Below are positions 14,890-16,548 of a stretch of DNA of 16,548 nucleotides, in pieces. The stretch lies in NCBI GenBank assembly GCA_964632315.1, contig CAZWEM010000005.1, forward strand, positions 131,772 through 148,319. The letters are read 5' to 3'. The first letter of the stretch is position 1, and every line of letters starts with the position of its first letter. Both the position numbers and the translations under genes were made by a program. The notes beneath the pieces are model-generated. The model made no database searches and was not told the origin of the DNA. It saw only the letters and a list, made by a program, of their open reading frames with translations. This stretch comes from an uncultured archaeon (GTDB lineage Archaea; Asgardarchaeota; Lokiarchaeia; Sigyniarchaeales; SOKP01).

Positions 14890-15123
14890 ATGAATAAAAA
14901 AGAAAAGAAAAAGAAGAATAAAGCACCATTTGGAGAGTTAGCTGGTGATCTAGAAGAGGATTGGGAAGAATACTCAGATGAGGAGGACGATGATGACGAG
15001 GAGGAGGATGATTGGGAGGATGAAGACGATGAGGAGGACGATGAGGAGGATGATGATGAGGACGATGAGGAGGATGATGATGAGGACGATGATGACTGGG
15101 ATGATTATGAAGACGACTACTAA
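14890..15123 (+). CDS. Small hyper-acidic, probably disordered protein with Lys-rich N-terminus
   Basis: 77-aa ORF; about 50 of the last 58 residues are D/E. GAN codons mix all third positions, with in-frame Trp/Tyr codons interspersed. TTTAAA lies ~30 nt upstream (14855-14860), compatible with a leaderless transcript. It fills the gap between two minus-strand genes. Confidence 0.7.
   Translation: MNKKEKKKKNKAPFGELAGDLEEDWEEYSDEEDDDDEEEDDWEDEDDEEDDEEDDDEDDEEDDDEDDDDWDDYEDDY
15034..15092 (+). repeat. 24-nt tandem repeat (gaggacgatgaggaggatgatgat x~2.4) inside the acidic ORF
   Basis: Exact copies at 15034-15057 and 15058-15081, plus a partial third copy. Confidence 0.85.
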
Positions 15124-15155
15124 CTTTCACACTTAATTATCGAGTTACTTTCTAA

Positions 15156-15821
15156 TTATGGGATGGTTAAAGAAGCATATATCAGCCATCCACCCAGAGT
15201 AATCTCAAAAATTAAAACAAGCAGCCCTCCTAAAGACCATATTATTTTAGATTTAGACTTTTTGAGAAAAATTATGTCTCCAATACCATAGATACTACTC
15301 GATATAATTCCTAACCATCCAATAATTGATGGTAAAGCCCCATAGATAACAAACAAACTAGAATATGCAAGAGTACCAATGCAAAAAAGGATCTGTGCTA
15401 TTGCGAATCTAAATTCTTTTGTTTTAAGAATATTCCGACTTGAATCAATGAGTCCACTTTTTTCAGTATCACTAGTATCTGAGTAAATTGTCGCTAGATT
15501 GAGAAGGCCCCAATAATTTTTTTTATCATAAATTTGGATCATGGCTTCTCCTATTCTAAAGATACACCAGACAATCCCTAGTATCATGTTATACTGACTA
15601 AAAGCAATGAATAAGGTTAAAGCAAGAGCAATTATACCAAGGTGCTCTATGAGAATTATAAGTACGCCAATTTTAAACTTTATCGGAGCTTTCTTAATAA
15701 ACTGTAGTTGAGCTTCTGGGTCCACATCACCTAAAGTTTTATATCCAAAAAAACTACTTGCTAAGTTTGTTACTATAATAAACAAAAAGAAAATACCTGA
15801 ATAGAACATTTCAACAATCAT
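15156..15821 (-). CDS. DUF4386-like polytopic membrane protein
   Basis: Multiple TM segments; pattern FRIGEA...LAYSSLF...LPSIIGWLGII...FEITLGGWLI matches my recollection of the DUF4386 family. Confidence 0.75.
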   Translation of the reverse strand: MIVEMFYSGIFFLFIIVTNLASSFFGYKTLGDVDPEAQLQFIKKAPIKFKIGVLIILIEHLGIIALALTLFIAFSQYNMILGIVWCIFRIGEAMIQIYDKKNYWGLLNLATIYSDTSDTEKSGLIDSSRNILKTKEFRFAIAQILFCIGTLAYSSLFVIYGALPSIIGWLGIISSSIYGIGDIIFLKKSKSKIIWSLGGLLVLIFEITLGGWLIYASLTIP

Positions 15822-15868
15822 AATTTTCCCTCTACTGCTATATTCTCGAATATTTCTCTAATTACTTT

Positions 15869-16342
15869 TTATAATTGAAGATTTAGAATAAACTCTATAA
15901 ATTCATTACAATATTCATTAACCATATCAGAAGCTTTATTTTCAAGCTTATATTCTTCTCGATTCAAGTTTAAATGAAAAACTGGAGGATGTATTAGTTC
16001 AGCTCCCATTTGGTCTCGAACAATATCAATCCAGGTTGGTCTTATCGCCAAATCAGATGGCGTAATATAAAACCCAGAAATTCTTATTAGTCGTTTTTCT
16101 TGCAGGTTTAAAAAATTTATATATTTTAGTATCCAATTCTGTAATTCTGACACAGGGGATTTCTCACATAAAATATCTCCAAGGATCAAAAAATCTACGT
16201 TTTCTTCAATTATATATTCGGGCTCAATCTTATCTGCTTTTCCCACATTCACTTCAATATAATCTTCGAAGTGATCTTGAAGCATTTCAGCAACCATCTT
16301 TGAGAAACCAATTCCGTTCTTATATACTATCCATAATTTTAT
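15869..16342 (-). CDS. Flavodoxin-fold protein (degenerate), likely longer than the ORF-track call, with ATA start
   Basis: Frame stays open upstream of ATG 16297, giving IKLWIVYKNGIGFSKMVAEML, which matches the flavodoxin beta1/loop/alpha1 pattern (K.LIVY.S..G.T..VAE.I). VDFLILG matches beta3. AGGTGA lies 6 nt before ATA at 16342. Confidence 0.7.
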   Translation of the reverse strand: MKLWIVYKNGIGFSKMVAEMLQDHFEDYIEVNVGKADKIEPEYIIEENVDFLILGDILCEKSPVSELQNWILKYINFLNLQEKRLIRISGFYITPSDLAIRPTWIDIVRDQMGAELIHPPVFHLNLNREEYKLENKASDMVNEYCNEFIEFILNLQL

Positions 16343-16348
16343 TCTCTT

Positions 16349-16354
16349 TCACCT
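16349..16354 (-). promoter_or_regulatory. Shine-Dalgarno AGGTGA for the flavodoxin-fold gene
   Basis: Minus strand reads tcaAGGTGAaagagaATAaaa; canonical archaeal SD with normal spacing. Confidence 0.6.
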
Positions 16355-16392
16355 TGATTTTTATTTAAAATTAAAAAAAAATAGGTTTAAAA

Positions 16393-16548
16393 TTAACCTC
16401 TTTTACGTGTTATGGTATAGATAACTAACTCCACTACAAAAATAACCGACAGTCCTATGAACATGTAAATGTATTGCCCCGGAAGGCGCTCAGTTTCGGG
16501 TATGTATTTGCCTGGTATAAAGCTGACTAGTGTTTTGTCTCCATAAGA
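16393..16548 (-). CDS. 3' end of a gene running off the window; C-terminal membrane anchor/sorting signal
   Basis: Minus frame from 16548: SYGDKTLVSFIPGKYIPETERLPGQYIYMFIGLSVIFVVELVIYTITRKRG*, i.e. PG motif, TM, basic cluster, stop. A minus-strand T-run follows (A-run at 16373-16381). Not in the ORF track. Confidence 0.75.
   Translation of the reverse strand, partial: SYGDKTLVSFIPGKYIPETERLPGQYIYMFIGLSVIFVVELVIYTITRKRG

Noticed and set aside
14885-15130. His/Pro-rich 81-aa minus-strand ORF
   Set aside because: It is the reverse complement of the GAN tract. The plus frame keeps D/E with free third positions, whereas this frame mixes H/P/R arbitrarily. Not strictly excluded without expression data.

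Overview
AT-rich prokaryotic window with no rRNA, tRNA, CRISPR or mobile element that I can support. Gene style (dense N-x-S/T sequons, TATA-like promoters, oligo-T terminators, AGGTGA Shine-Dalgarno, PG-TM-basic C-terminal signal) suggests an archaeon, probably Asgard/Lokiarchaeia-like; this is inference. The first ~9.7 kb holds two tandem paralogous giant single-pass surface proteins built from ~104-aa beta-rich modules. The first is 5'-truncated and has >=9 nearly identical 312-nt repeats, two identical at DNA level. The second (1949 aa) has a large N-terminal head and ~11 diverged modules. Both end in a highly conserved juxtamembrane domain with a DxDxDG-like loop, a small-xxx-small TM helix and a conserved ~60-aa basic cytoplasmic tail. 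Downstream on + lie a stand-alone 7TM protein, a pterin-4a-carbinolamine dehydratase and an exported HExxH..E zinc metallopeptidase. The right end has an MDR-family oxidoreductase (-), a tiny hyper-acidic protein with repeated DW motifs (+), a DUF4386-like membrane protein (-), a flavodoxin-fold protein apparently starting at ATA (-), and the 3' end of a gene with a CTERM-like sorting signal (-). The best candidate for an undescribed system is the adhesin/receptor-like pair with conserved cytoplasmic tails, possibly working with the 7TM protein and the protease.
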